Notes under the pieces: model-generated | Seen by the model: only the letters and a program-made list of their open reading frames with translations | Databases searched by the model: none | Told to the model about the DNA's origin: nothing | Program-made: the position numbers and the translations under genes | Source of the DNA: Eledone cirrhosa | Lineage: Eukaryota | Assembly (NCBI GenBank): GCA_964016885.1 | Contig: OZ024742.1 | Span: 357,678,001-357,742,000 of the forward strand | Length of the DNA stretch: 64,000 nt | Direction: 5' to 3' | Shown here: in pieces, positions 27,601-39,100 of the stretch | Position numbering within the stretch: the stretch's first letter is position 1 | How the letters are laid out: the number at the start of each line of letters is the position of its first letter

Positions 27601-29357
27601 AGCTTCTATTGTACCAGTGAGGGTAGAAATAGGGCGCTTGTGGGTGATAACAGCTTCTATTGTACCAGTGAGGGTAGAAATAGGGCGGTTGTGGTTGATA
27701 ACAGCTTCTATTGTACCACTGAGGGTAGAAATAGGGCGCTTGTGGTTGATAACAGCTTCTATTGTACCAGTGAGGGTAGAAATAGGGCGCTTGTGGTTGA
27801 TAACAGCTTCTATTGTACCACTGAGGGTAGAGATAGGTCGCTTGTGGATGATAACAGCTTCTATTGTACCAGTGATGGTAGAAATAGGGCGCTTGTGGAT
27901 GATAACAGCTTCTATTGTACCAGTGAGGGTAGAAATAGGGCGCTTGTGGTTGATAACAGCTTCTATTGTACCAGGGAGGGTAGAAATAGGGCGCTTGTGC
28001 ATGATAACAGCTTCTATTGTACCAGTGAGGGTAGAAATAGGGCGCTTGTGGTTGATAACAGGCTCTATTGTACCACTGAGGGTAGAAATAGGGCGGTGGT
28101 GGTTGATAACAGGTTCTATTGTACCACTGAGGGTAGAAATAGGGCTGTTGTGGATGATAACAGCTTCTATTGTACCACTTAGGGTAGAAATAGGGCGCTT
28201 GTGGTTGATAACAGCTTCTATTGTACCACTGAGGGTAGAAATAGGGCGCGTGTGGTTGATAACAGCTTCTATTGTACCATTGAGGGTAGAAATAGGGCAC
28301 TTGTGGATGATAACAGCTTCTATTGTACCAGTGAGGGTAGAAATAGGGCGCTTGTGGATGATAACAGCTTCTATCGTACCAGTGAGGGTAGAAATAGGGC
28401 GCTTGTGGATGATAACAGCTTCTATTGTACCACTGAGGGTAGAAATAGGGCCCTTGTGGTTGATAACAGGTTCTATTGTACCAGTGAGGGTAGAAATAGG
28501 GCGCTTGTGGTTGATAACAGCTTCTATTGTACCAGTGAGGGTAGAAATAGGGCCCTTGTGGTTGATAACAGCTTCTATTGTACCAGTGAGGGTAGAAATA
28601 GGGCGCTTGTGGTTGATAACAGCTTCTATTGTACCACTGAGGGTAGAAATAGGGCTCTTGTGGATGATAACAGCTTCTATTGTACCACTGAGGGTAGAAA
28701 TAGGGCTCTTGTGGTTGATAACAGCTTCTATTGTACCAGTGAGGGTAGAAATAGGGCTCTTGTGGTTGTTAACAGCTTCTATTGTACCAATGAGGGTAGA
28801 AATAAGGCCCTTGTGGTTGATAACAGGTTCTATTGTACCACTGAGGGTAGAAATAGGGCGCTTGTGGTTGATAACAGCTTCTATTGTACCAGTGAGGGTA
28901 GAAATAGGGCGCTTGTGGTTTATAACAGCTTCTATTGTACCAGTGAGGGTAGAAATAGGGCCCTTTGGATGATAACAGCTTCTATTGTACCAGTGAGGGT
29001 AGAAATAGGGCCCTGGGGTTGATAACAGGTTCTATTGTACCACTGAGGGTAGAAATAGGGCGCTTGTGGTTGATAACAGGTTCTATTGTACCACTGAGGG
29101 TAGAAATAGGGCTCTTGTGGATGATAACAGCTTCTATTGTACCACTGAGGGTAGAAATAGGGCGCTTGTGGTTGATAACAGCTTCTATTGTACCACTGAG
29201 GGTAGAAATAGGCGCTTCTGGATGATAACAGCTTCTATTGTACCAGTGAGGGTAGAAATAGGGCGCTTGTGGTTGATAACAGCTTCTATTGTACCAGTGA
29301 GGGTAGAAATAGGGCGCTTGTGGTTGATAACAGCTTCTATTGTACCAGTGAGGGTAG
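689..29357. repeat. Satellite array, 51-bp monomer (TTGTGGTTGATAACAGCTTCTATTGTACCA[C/G]TGAGGGTAGAAATAGGGCGC), about 560 copies, with higher-order structure
   Basis: Uninterrupted 51-bp periodicity over 28,669 bp, with few substitutions per monomer and rare 1-4 nt indels. Confidence 0.99.
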
Positions 29358-29800
29358 GTGCTCTGGGTGCTGTTTCAGATACTTTTGAATGTCCTACAGG
29401 TAGACTATGTGTGAAAATATAGATCGAAGTCAGTACAAACACAGTTTCACTGGGCTCAGCTAGAATATTGGGAAATGTTTTGTCACTATAAGCCAAGGTT
29501 TCTCAAACTTTTTCAAACGTGGAACCCTTTTTGTTTCAGAAACTTTGGGTGTACCCCCAAAGTCTAATACTGTTATATGGTCATAATATAAATATACTTC
29601 TCTACCATTCTTCACAGAACTCCAGACACTCCTTTACAGAACCTTTGGGTTCCGTGGAACCCACTTTAGGAACCACTGCTATAGGCAATGGGGAAGGATC
29701 CCTGTATATTTAGTGTCTTGTTAACAACCACTAGCATGGAATAATAACTAGACATATGACACCAACTGTCTGTGTTAATGTTCAACAACAACAACAATGA
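29341..29800 (+). mobile_element. 3' end of the same R4/Dong-like element: RLE C-terminus, stop codon, 3' UTR and (CAA)n tail, interrupted by a MITE
   Basis: Translates as VPVRVGALGAVSDTFECPTGRLCVKI*IEVSTNTVSLGSARILGNVLSL*, matching the R4/Dong terminal pattern VP(V/I)V(V/I)GALG…QK..LLG(S/T)ARILR.VL. A CAACAACAACAACAA run lies at about 29783-29797. Confidence 0.8.
29494..29678. mobile_element. hAT-type (Charlie-like) MITE, about 185 bp
   Basis: Imperfect TIRs (CAAGGTTTCTCAAACT … ACTTTAGGAACCACTG). 8-bp TSD CTATAAGC (29486-29493) / CTATAGGC (29679-29686). Internal GGGTTCCGTGGAACCC palindrome. Confidence 0.7.
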
Positions 29801-30151
29801 TATAATGAAGACCAGTATATGAAAAGATTAATATGATAAAGATAACAGGATCATCAACTCTAACAGTAATTATAAATCCATTACACTGTAAATATCAAAT
29901 TGTAAAATTAAAGCAACAGCTGTAGAACAGTTTGTATGTGAAAATTGTTGGTTTAAGATATGTCACCTAGTGAAGAAAATATAGTATAATTTATACATTA
30001 TATGACCACTGATTATGAGAACCAATAAAATTAGATATAATAATACATTATATATTTATTCATTTAGCTTCACTGAACGATGGTCTTGAGAACAATGGTA
30101 ATTCTTTAATTGCAAAATTATTCTTCAGCTCTATCTACCTATCTCTCACTA

Positions 30152-30200
<49 letters not shown>

Positions 30201-33200
30201 CATCATCATCATCATCTACGTTTAACGTCCATCTTCCATGCTAGCATGGGTTTGGACGGGAATTTTCCCACTTGAGGCAAGATTGGTTGTCTTGCTCGTA
30301 TAGGACTGTCTGGCGGGTTCTCTACGGCTGGATGCCCTTCCTAACACCAACCACGTTTACAGTGTGGGACTGGGAGGTTTTTACCGTGTTACCTACACGG
30401 CCACATTACAGTGTGGTCTGTGTGTTTTTTTGTCGTGTCACCTACACGACCTCATTTGTTTCAGACATGATGATGTGGTACCAACATAACTTTACATTGG
30501 AAGGGGTGGTGTGGATGGGGTGGGAGTTGTGGGGCCGGGGTGTATTTTTGTTAGAGGTGCCTACTGACTGTAGGTTTCGCTTTGTACTTAGGTAAGGCGG
30601 GTCTTCTCTATTACTGTGTATCACCAAAGATCTCGGTCCAGTGACATTGTCTTGGAGAGGTGTAAGTGTGTGAGGTCGGAGTTTAGCAAGTCGTCCCAGG
30701 TTTTTCTGGGTCTGCGTACTCCGTGGCTACCGTCTATTTTTATCGCCCTGCACATTTTTATACAGCTGTTGTCTTTCATGCGCATCACATGACCGTACCA
30801 ACGTAGTCTTCTCTCGAGTAAACAGCATTCTGATCCCTCTTATTCCTAATTTCTCCCTTAGTTCGTTTATGCTTTGCCATTCACGTATATTACTATTACA
30901 CATCCAGTGGAGCATGCAAGCTTTGTTCCTCTCCAGTCTGAGTATATCCTCTGCACACTATGCCCAGGTCTCACTGCCATGCAACATTGCTGTTCGTATA
31001 CAGGCATCATACAGCCTGCCTTTCATTTTTAGTGAGAACCCTTTAGTGGCAAATAGTGGTATAAGCTCTCTGAACTTTTTCCATCCCGTTCTGACTCTAG
31101 CTACTGTACTTTCGGAGCACCCTCCATCACTGCTGATTTTGTCACCCAGGTAACAGAAGGTGTCCACTATTTCTATAGAACCATCTGTGCAATGGAATGA
31201 GCTAGTGTTCTGTGGGCACTTGCTGCTACTTATTGCACCAGAGCACCAGCCACATATAAAATCTATATTCTTAGTTAGCTTACCTGTGATCCCACTACAT
31301 CTTTTATGCACCCATACTTTGCATTTGGGACATAAAATGGAGTTTCTCCCTACTCCTTTCTTACACACTGAGCATGGCCATTTCCCAGATGGGACTGGTC
31401 CCCTATTTTCCTTCCTACAAACTAGAACTTTAGTATTAGACAGGTTAATTTTAAGGCCTTTTGATTCTAGGCCATGCTTCCATATTTAGAATTTCTTCTC
31501 TAGTTCGGCCATTGATTCAGCTATGAGCGTTAGATCATCTGCGTATAGGAGTTCCCATGGGCAGCCGGTCTTGAACTCCTCTGTTATAGCCTGAAGGGCA
31601 ATAATAAATAGTAAACTCTTCACTATATTCGTTGTTAATTCTAACCTTGCTGACTGTTTCTTTATACATGGCTTGTATAGCTCTCACAAGCCATTCATCA
31701 ACACCTCGTTTTCTAAGAGCCCACCAGATAATGTAGCGGGGGACTCTGTCAAAGGCTTTCTCCAAGTTAACAAAAGCTAAGTATAGGGGTTTACTTTTAG
31801 CTAGGTACTTCTCCTGTAGTTGTCGTACAATGAAAAGAGCATCTGTGGTACTTTTACCTGACACAAACCTGAACTGCATTTCATCTAGATCAATTCGCTC
31901 TCTGGTTAGTTGCGCTATTACTTTTTCTGTGACCTTCATGACCTGGTCGATTAATTTAATGCTTCTATAGTTACCCATATCTAGGGCATCTCCTTTACCC
32001 TTGTAGCAGTTAATGATGATGTTGCTACGCCAGTCCTTCGGAATAACCCCATTCTGTATGACTTGGTTTACTATCCGGGTGACCATAGTGTGTTCCACTG
32101 TGCCAGATGCTTTCAGCATTTCAGTAACTATTTCTGAAGGCCCAGCCGCCTTACCCGTCTTCGTATCTTTGATTGCCTTACTTATTATACTACCTTCAAC
32201 TAGCACTGCTGGTCCCTCTATTGGATCGATGTGGGGGAGACTGTCTTTCTCCCATTTATTCTCCTCATTTAGTAGCCTTTCGTAGTGACACTTCCAAGCT
32301 ACCTTCTTATCAGCGTCAGTGATGGCAAGTACACCATCATCATTAAGGACACACTTCTCCCCGACAATATCACTGTTTTCCTTGACACATTGCCTAGCAA
32401 TCCTGAACACCTCACGTTTTTGGTCCTCGCATTGTAGAATATGCTTGAACTTTCTTTCCTCTGCTTCCCTTCTTGCGAAGTACACTTGTCTCCTAGCTTC
32501 CCTCCTGGCCACTTGATAGTCTTCTCTACTTCCCCCATCCCGCCATACTTTCCATGCCTGCTTTTTGGCCTTAATTGACTCCTCTAACTTACTGTTCCAC
32601 CACCACGTTACTCTCCTCCTGCCTATAGGCCTGCTCCAGCCACAGACATCATCTGCCGCCTTCAGCAGGTTAGCATTCAGGAATACCCACTGTTCCTCTA
32701 TATTGTACGACTCTAATTGTTCTTCCTTACTGTCAAAAGCATCAAGTAATATGCTTTTAGATTTATTACTGGCTGTGGGGTCCTTTAGCTTCCATATTTT
32801 TTCTCCTGAGGATAGTCCTCCTCTGTTGTCGAGTACGTCTTGTCCTGGCTACAATGTCGCTGACTATGAGTCTATGTTGGAGGTGCATTCTTCATGAGGG
32901 AGGGATTTAGTGTTTACGACAGACACTCTATCACGTCTTCTGGTAAGGATATAATCTATCTGACTGGTGTGTTCCCCTGATCTATAGATGATCAAGTGAT
33001 TGTCTCGTTTTTTGAAGTTAGTGTTACAGACAGTTAGGTTATTTGCGTCACAGAATTCCAGGATTCTGGCGCCTTACTCATTTCTCGTACCAAACCCATA
33101 GCCTCCATGGATTCTGTCATAGCCATCACAATGTTGTCCAATGTGACCATTTAGGTTGCCAGCAATACTTATGTAGTCACTGTCGGTTATTTGGGAGGTA

Positions 33201-33245
33201 GTGAGCATCAATGTCTCATAGAATCTGTCTTTTATAACGCCAGGC
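30201..33245 (-). mobile_element. RTE-clade LINE, family A, 5'-truncated and decayed
   Basis: Minus-strand ORF pieces (33074-33322, 31535-32512, 30958-31368) match the intact ORF at 46796-49966. (CAT)n tail at 30201. A 44-bp deletion removes the QGSVLSP motif near 31615. Flanked by (TA)n on both sides. Confidence 0.95.
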
Positions 33246-33255
33246 ATATATATAT

Positions 33256-33336
33256 AAAATAACAGGAGGCTGGACAGGTGTAATTCCTTAAAACGTTTAT
33301 TTAAGGAATTACACCAGTCCAACCTCCTATTATTTT
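33256..33336. other. Near-perfect inverted repeat (37-bp arms, 7-nt loop)
   Basis: AAAATAACAGGAGGCTGGACAGGTGTAATTCCTTAAA, then ACGTTTA, then TTTAAGGAATTACACCAGTCCAACCTCCTATTATTTT; 34 of 37 positions are complementary. Confidence 0.85.
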
Positions 33337-33496
33337 ACAATAATTAACTCCGTACTCGCACCACCAACAACACAAACGAAGACGGGTGAGTTGCATTACC
33401 TTGAGTGTTCTCCATAATATTACATCAAGATTGACTATACGGAATGACCAGTTCTATCCAGTGGTGAACCATCAAACATAAATAAATATATATATA

Positions 33497-34048
33497 TCAT
33501 CATTATCACCGTTTTACGTCCGTTCTTCCATGCTAGCATGGGTTAGACGGGTTGTCCTGTTGTGGGAATTGTCTGGTCGGCTGACCATGCCTTACTCATA
33601 CAGGAACTGATTTTGGCTTGATTTCTACAGCTGGATTCCCTTCCTAACACCAACCTCATTTACAGTGAATGCTGGGTGCTTTTTTTCCATGGCGCCTACA
33701 CGTCCACTTTACAGTGTGGGCTGGGTGCTTTTTTGCCGTGGCACCTCCACGTCCACCTTGCAGTGGGAGGGTGTGAGGGCATATTGTCTATATGCTTCAG
33801 CTTGTACCCATGGGGGATCGGGTACTCTGTATTGCTGCGTGACGCCAGAGGTCACAGTCATGTGTCATCGCCTTTGAGAGTTGTAATTGGGTAAGGTCGG
33901 CTTTTATCACCTCATCCCAGGTTTTCTTGGGTCTCCCCACTCCGCGGTTTCCATTGACTTCTAGTTCTCTGCACCTTTTTATGCAGCTGTCACCTTCATA
34001 CGCATCACATGTCCATACCAATGCAACGGCCTCTCCTGCACATAGTAT
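33497..34048 (-). mobile_element. RTE family B 3' fragment (ORF end, 3' UTR and (CAT)n tail)
   Basis: Encodes DSCIKRCRELEVNGNRGVGRPKKTWDEVIKADLTQL. The UTR matches 52645-53160. Flanked by (TA)n. Confidence 0.9.
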
Positions 34049-34354
34049 TTGTGTATATATATATATATATATATATACATATATATACTCCATTTATCTT
34101 ATTTTATTGCTTGATTCTCATTATTAGCCTTCTTGCTCCAATCCACCCCATCTCACTATAAATTTATAAGTACATCTTATTATTATTATTATTATTCCAG
34201 CCAAGCTCATGGATATTATCAAAACACCTTGCTTTGGGTCTACCCTTGGGTCTTCTGCAGTTGGTTTTTTCTTATAAAATCTGACCAAATATTCACTCTG
34301 CAGTAGGTTTTATGACTATATGTTATATGACTAAAACCCTACAAATTCTAGAAC

Positions 34355-34781
34355 ATCATCAAAGTTTAACGTCCATTTTTCTATGCTAGCATGAGTTAGA
34401 TGAGTTGCAAGATAAGCCAGGTCAGATGACCATGTTTTCCTCATACAGAACACCAACAACTTTTGCAGTGTGTACTGGGTGCTTTTTGTCGTGATACCTA
34501 CACAACCACTTTATAGTGTGGACTGGGTACATTTTGTCACGTCACCTATATGACTACTTTACTGTGTGAGCTAGACACTTTTTGTTGTGACACCTACACA
34601 CCCACTTTTCTGTGTGGATTGAGGGATTTTGTCATAACACCTACACAACAACTTTACAATGTGGACTGGGGGATTTTGTCATGACCCCTACATGACCATT
34701 TTGCCGTGTGTACTAGGCACTTTTTGTTGTGACATTTACATGACCGTTTTACAATGTGGGGTGGGTACTTTTTGTCATGTC
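34355..34781 (-). mobile_element. Old RTE-type 3' UTR stub with an expanded internal 47-48-bp tandem repeat (about 7 units)
   Basis: The tail motif TTTAACGTCC…ATGCTAGCATG is followed by about 7 diverged units of ACTTTACAGTGTGGACTGGGTGCTTTTTGTCGTGACACCTACACGACC (34459-34781). Confidence 0.75.
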
Positions 34782-34783
34782 AT

Positions 34784-34839
<56 letters not shown>

Positions 34840-34980
34840 ATTTAAACATACATATTTTGACCATTCTAACATGAGACATATAGACACAAGATATTTGATA
34901 AATGATAAATATAAATTAAAATATTCAGATCTGTGGCACTCAACTACTTGATAACTATAAAACTGAATTTCAATTATGAT

Positions 34981-35175
34981 CGGTGGATTGGCAGTATCGG
35001 TAGAGGGTCGGACGCCATGCTTTCCAGCATAGTTACGTCCCTTTACGATCTGAGTTCAAATCCCACCGAGGTTGAATTTGCCTTTCATCCTTACGGGGTC
35101 GATAAAATAAAGTACCAGTAATGAACTGGGGAATTTGCTGGCCTTGTGCCTGAAGTAGAAACAAATATAATTATA
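34981..35175 (+). mobile_element. tRNA-derived SINE with a Meta-domain-like central core
   Basis: A-box-like TGGCAGTATCGG, B-box GAGTTCAAATCC, core GCCTTTCATCCTTACGGGGTCGATAAAATAAAGTACCAG, AT-rich tail. A near-identical inverted copy lies at 63180-63376. Confidence 0.85.
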
Positions 35176-35464
35176 CTGATTATAATCAGAAAAGCAGACC
35201 TTACAAACACATACGAAAATATCTCCAAGGAACTACACACGCACACACACACACACACATATATTGGATTGGGGAGGTAGATATAGGGTAGATGATGTTG
35301 AACATTATTTGAACATGAGACAGTGATTTTCAATAGAAATATGGTAAGGATGTATTTCTTGATAGTATATTGACCTCCTTTTGAATAAGTTCTGACCTGA
35401 CTTGCCACAATGGTGATAGCCCAAAGCCATGCTAGCATGGAAAATGATTATGTTGATGATATAT

Positions 35465-35593
35465 ATGATGGCCTTCTGTAGTTTCCATTCATTAGACTAT
35501 AGTAGAAGACACTTCCCTAAGGTTCCACACTGTAAGACTGAACCTAAGACGAAACGGATGTGAAGAGAACACCTTTACCATGCAGCCATACCT
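35465..35593 (-). mobile_element. Degenerate tRNA-derived SINE 5' part (second family)
   Basis: CTATAGTAGAAGACACTTCCCTAAGGTTCCACACTGTAAGACTGAACC…TTACCATGCAGCCA reads as the reverse complement of a tRNA-like head (TGGCTGCATGGTAA…GGTTCAGTC). It resembles octopus SINEs from recollection only. Confidence 0.55.
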
Positions 35594-35713
35594 GTAGGGT
35601 AGGAGTTAGAACTGGGGGGTGCCAGGGCACTTCAGATTTAAGGGGCCTCTCATATATAGAAATATTAGAATACACAACAAACCCCCTATTTTACATATCA
35701 AATTTAGCTTGGC

Positions 35714-35900
35714 ACATCATCCTCATCATCCTCATCACTGTTTTATGTCCGTCCTTCCATGCTAGCATGGGTTAGATGGGTTGTCCTGTTGTGGGCAATG
35801 TCCAGTCAACTGACCTTGTCTTGCTCATATGGGAACTGATTCTGGCTTGATTTCTACAGCTGGATGCCCTTCCTAACACCAACCAGATTTACAGTGAGTT
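35714..35900 (-). mobile_element. RTE family B-like 3' stub
   Basis: (CAT)n tail followed by CCATGCTAGCATGGGTTAGATGGGTTGTCCTGTTGTGGGC…GGATGCCCTTCCTAACACC. Confidence 0.85.
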
Positions 35901-36175
35901 ATTGGAATTGAAAAGTTATACATACAGGTATTAAATTCAAAGTTTCTAACCATTCTTAAACTAAAAATCCGGAACAAATAAATTGTTACTGTTGTTGCTG
36001 CCACCACTGTACGGGGCCCATGGCAATCGCCCCTTCACCCTCCATTAAATCTGACCCTGAGAGAACTCCTTTACCCTGCAGTGATACCTATTTTTAAGTT
36101 ATTTCTTAAGCAATTTTCCATAATTTAGGCATACTGCAATGTAAACTTAACCTAAGCCCAATATGTAGCAGTGGA

Positions 36176-39100
36176 GTCTTCTGGTACCCTTGACCCTAGG
36201 ACCACCTCCCTACTCACCACCATCATCTTCTGGTGTCCTTGGCCCTAGGACCACCTCCCTACTCACCACCATCATCTTCTGGTGTCCTTGGCCCTAGGAC
36301 CACCTCCCTACTCACTGCCATCATCTTCTGGTGTCCTTGACCCTAGGACTACCTCCCTACTCACCACCATCGTCTACTGGTGTCCTTGACCGTAGGACTA
36401 CCTTCCTACTCACCACCATCGTCTTCTGGTGTCCTTGACCCTAGGACCACCTTCCTACTCACGACCATCGTCTTCTGGTTTATTTGGCCCTAGGACCACA
36501 CCCCTACTCACCACCATCGTCTTATTGTGTCCTTGACCCTAGGACTACCTCCCTACTCCCCACCATCGTGTACTGGTGTCCTTGACCCTAGGACCACCTC
36601 CCTACTCACCACCATCGTATTCTGGTGTCCTTGACCCTAGAACCACCTTCCTACTCACCACCATCGTCTTCAGGTGTCCTTGGCCCTAGGACCACCTCGC
36701 TACTCACCACCATTGTCTTCTGGTGTCCTTGACCCTAGGACCACCTTCCTACTCACCACCATCGTCTTCAGGTGTCCTTGCCTCTAGGACCACCTCCCTA
36801 CTCACCACCATCGTCTTCCGGTGTCTTTGACCCTAGGACCACCTCCCTACTCACCACCATCGTCTTCAGGTGTCCTTGGCCCTAGGACCATCTCGCTACT
36901 CACCACCATCGTCTTCTGGTGTCCTTGACCCTAGGACCACCTTCCTACTCACCACCATCGTCTTCAGGTGTCCTTGGCCCTAGGACCACCTTCCTACTCA
37001 CCACCATCGTCTTCAGGTGTCCTTCACCCTAGGACCACCTTCCTACTCACCACCATCGTCTTCAGGTGTCCTTGGCCCTAGGACCATCTCGCTACTCACC
37101 ACCATCGTCTTCTGGTGTCCTTGACCCTAGGACCACCTTCCTACTCACCACCATCGTCTTCAGGTGTCCTTGGCCCTAGGACCATCTCGCTACTCACCAC
37201 AATCGTCTTCTGGTGTCCTTGACCCTAGGACCACCTTCCTACTCACCACCATCGTCTTCAGGTGTCCTTGGCCCTAGGACCATCTCGCTACTCACCACCA
37301 TCGTCTTCAGGTGTCCTTCACCCTAGGACTACCTCCCTACTCACCACCATCGTCTTCAGGTGTCCTTCACCCTAGGACCACCTCCCTACTCACCACCATC
37401 GTCTTCAGGTGTCCTTCACCCTAGGACCACCTCCCTACTCACCACCATCGTCTTCAGGTGTCCTTGGCCCTAGGACCATCTCGCTACTCACCACCATCGT
37501 CTTCTGGTGTCCTTGAGCCTAGGACCACCTCCCTACTCACCACCATCGTCTTCAGGTGTCCTTCACCCTAGGACTACCTCCCTACTCACCACCATCGTTC
37601 TTCAGGTGTCCTTCACCCTAGGACCACCTCCCTACTCACCACCATCGTCTTCAGGTGTCCTTCACCCTAGGACCACCTCCCTACTCACCACCATCGTCTT
37701 CAGGTGTCCTTCACCCTAGGACCACCTCCCTACTCACCACCATCGTCTTCTGGTGTCCTTGACCCTAGGACCACCATCCTACTCACCACAATCGTTTTCT
37801 GGTGTCCTTGACCCCAGGACCACCTTCCTACTCACCACCATCGTCTTCTGGTGTATTGGGCCCTAGGACCACCTCCCTACTCACCACCATCGTCTTCTGG
37901 TGTCTTTGGCCCTAGGACCACCTCCCTACTCACCACCATCGTCTTCTGGTGTCCTTGACCCTAGGACTACCTTCCTACTCACCACCATCGTCTTCTGGTG
38001 TATTTGGCCCTAGGACCACTTCCCTACTCACCACCATCGTCTTCTGGTGTCCTTGACACTAGGACCACCTCCCTACTCACCACCATCGTCTTCTGGTGTC
38101 TTTGGCCCTAGGACCACCTCCCTACTCACCACCATCGTCTTCTGGTGTCCTTGACCCTAGGACCACCTTCCTACTCACCACCATCGTCTTCTGGTGTATT
38201 TGGCCCTAGGACCACCTTCCTACTCACCACCATCGTCTTCTGGTGTCCTTGACCCTAGGACCACCTTCCTACTCACCACCATCGTCTTCTGGTGTCCTTG
38301 ACACTATGACCTCCTCCCTACTCACCACCATCGTCTTCTGGTGTCCTTGACCCTAGGACCACCTTCCTACACCACCATCGTCTTCTGGTGTCTTTGGCCC
38401 TAGGACCACCTCCCTACTCACCACCATCGTCTTCTGGTGTCCTTGACCCTAGGACCACCTCCCTACTCACCACCATCGTCTTCTGGTGTCCTTGACCCTA
38501 GGACTACCTCCCTACTCACCACCATCGTCTTCTGGTGTCCTTGACCCTAGGACTACCTCCCTACTCACCACCATCGTCTTCTGGTGTCTTTGGCCCTAGG
38601 ACTACCTCCCTACTCACCACCATCGTCTTCTGGTGTCGTTGACCCTAGGACCACCTCCCTACTCACCACCATCGTCTTCTGGTGTCCTTGACCCTAGGAC
38701 TACCTCCCTACTCACCACCATCGTCTTCAGGTGTCCTTGACCCTAGGACCACCTTCCTACTCACCACCATCGTCTTCTGGTGTCTTTGGCCCTAGGACCA
38801 CCTCCCTACTCACCACCATCGTCTTCTGGTGTCCTTGACCCTAGGACTACCTCCCTACTCACCACCATCGTCTTCTGGTGTCCTTGACCCTAGGACTACC
38901 TTCCTACTCACCACCATCGTCTTCAGGTGTCCTTGGCCCTAGGACCACCTTCCTACTCACCACCATCGTCTTCAGGTGTCCTTCACCCTAGGACCACCTT
39001 CCTACTCACCACCATCGTCTTCAGGTGTCCTTGGCCCTAGGACCATCTCGCTACTCACCACCATCGTCTTCTGGTGTCCTTGACCCTACGACCACCTTCC

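Noticed and set aside
690-29496. Dozens of long ORFs (up to 1577 aa) with 17-aa repeats on both strands, resembling a giant repeat protein
   Set aside because: 51 is divisible by 3 and several frames of the monomer lack stops. Stops and frameshifts are copied within the higher-order blocks, and there is no unique start, signal peptide or splice context. One frame is merely the ancestral retrotransposon frame.
34933-35121. Matching short peptides here and at 63235-63441 (…FAFHPYGVDKIKYQ), or a tRNA gene
   Set aside because: These are two SINE copies. The tRNA-like head has A/B boxes but no full cloverleaf and continues into SINE core and tail.
35595-36058. Possible hAT/Tip100-like MITE ends (…TAAATCTGACCCTG; similar at about 43960, 44660 and 63857)
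   Set aside because: Too degenerate, and no matching TIR pair with a TSD could be established.
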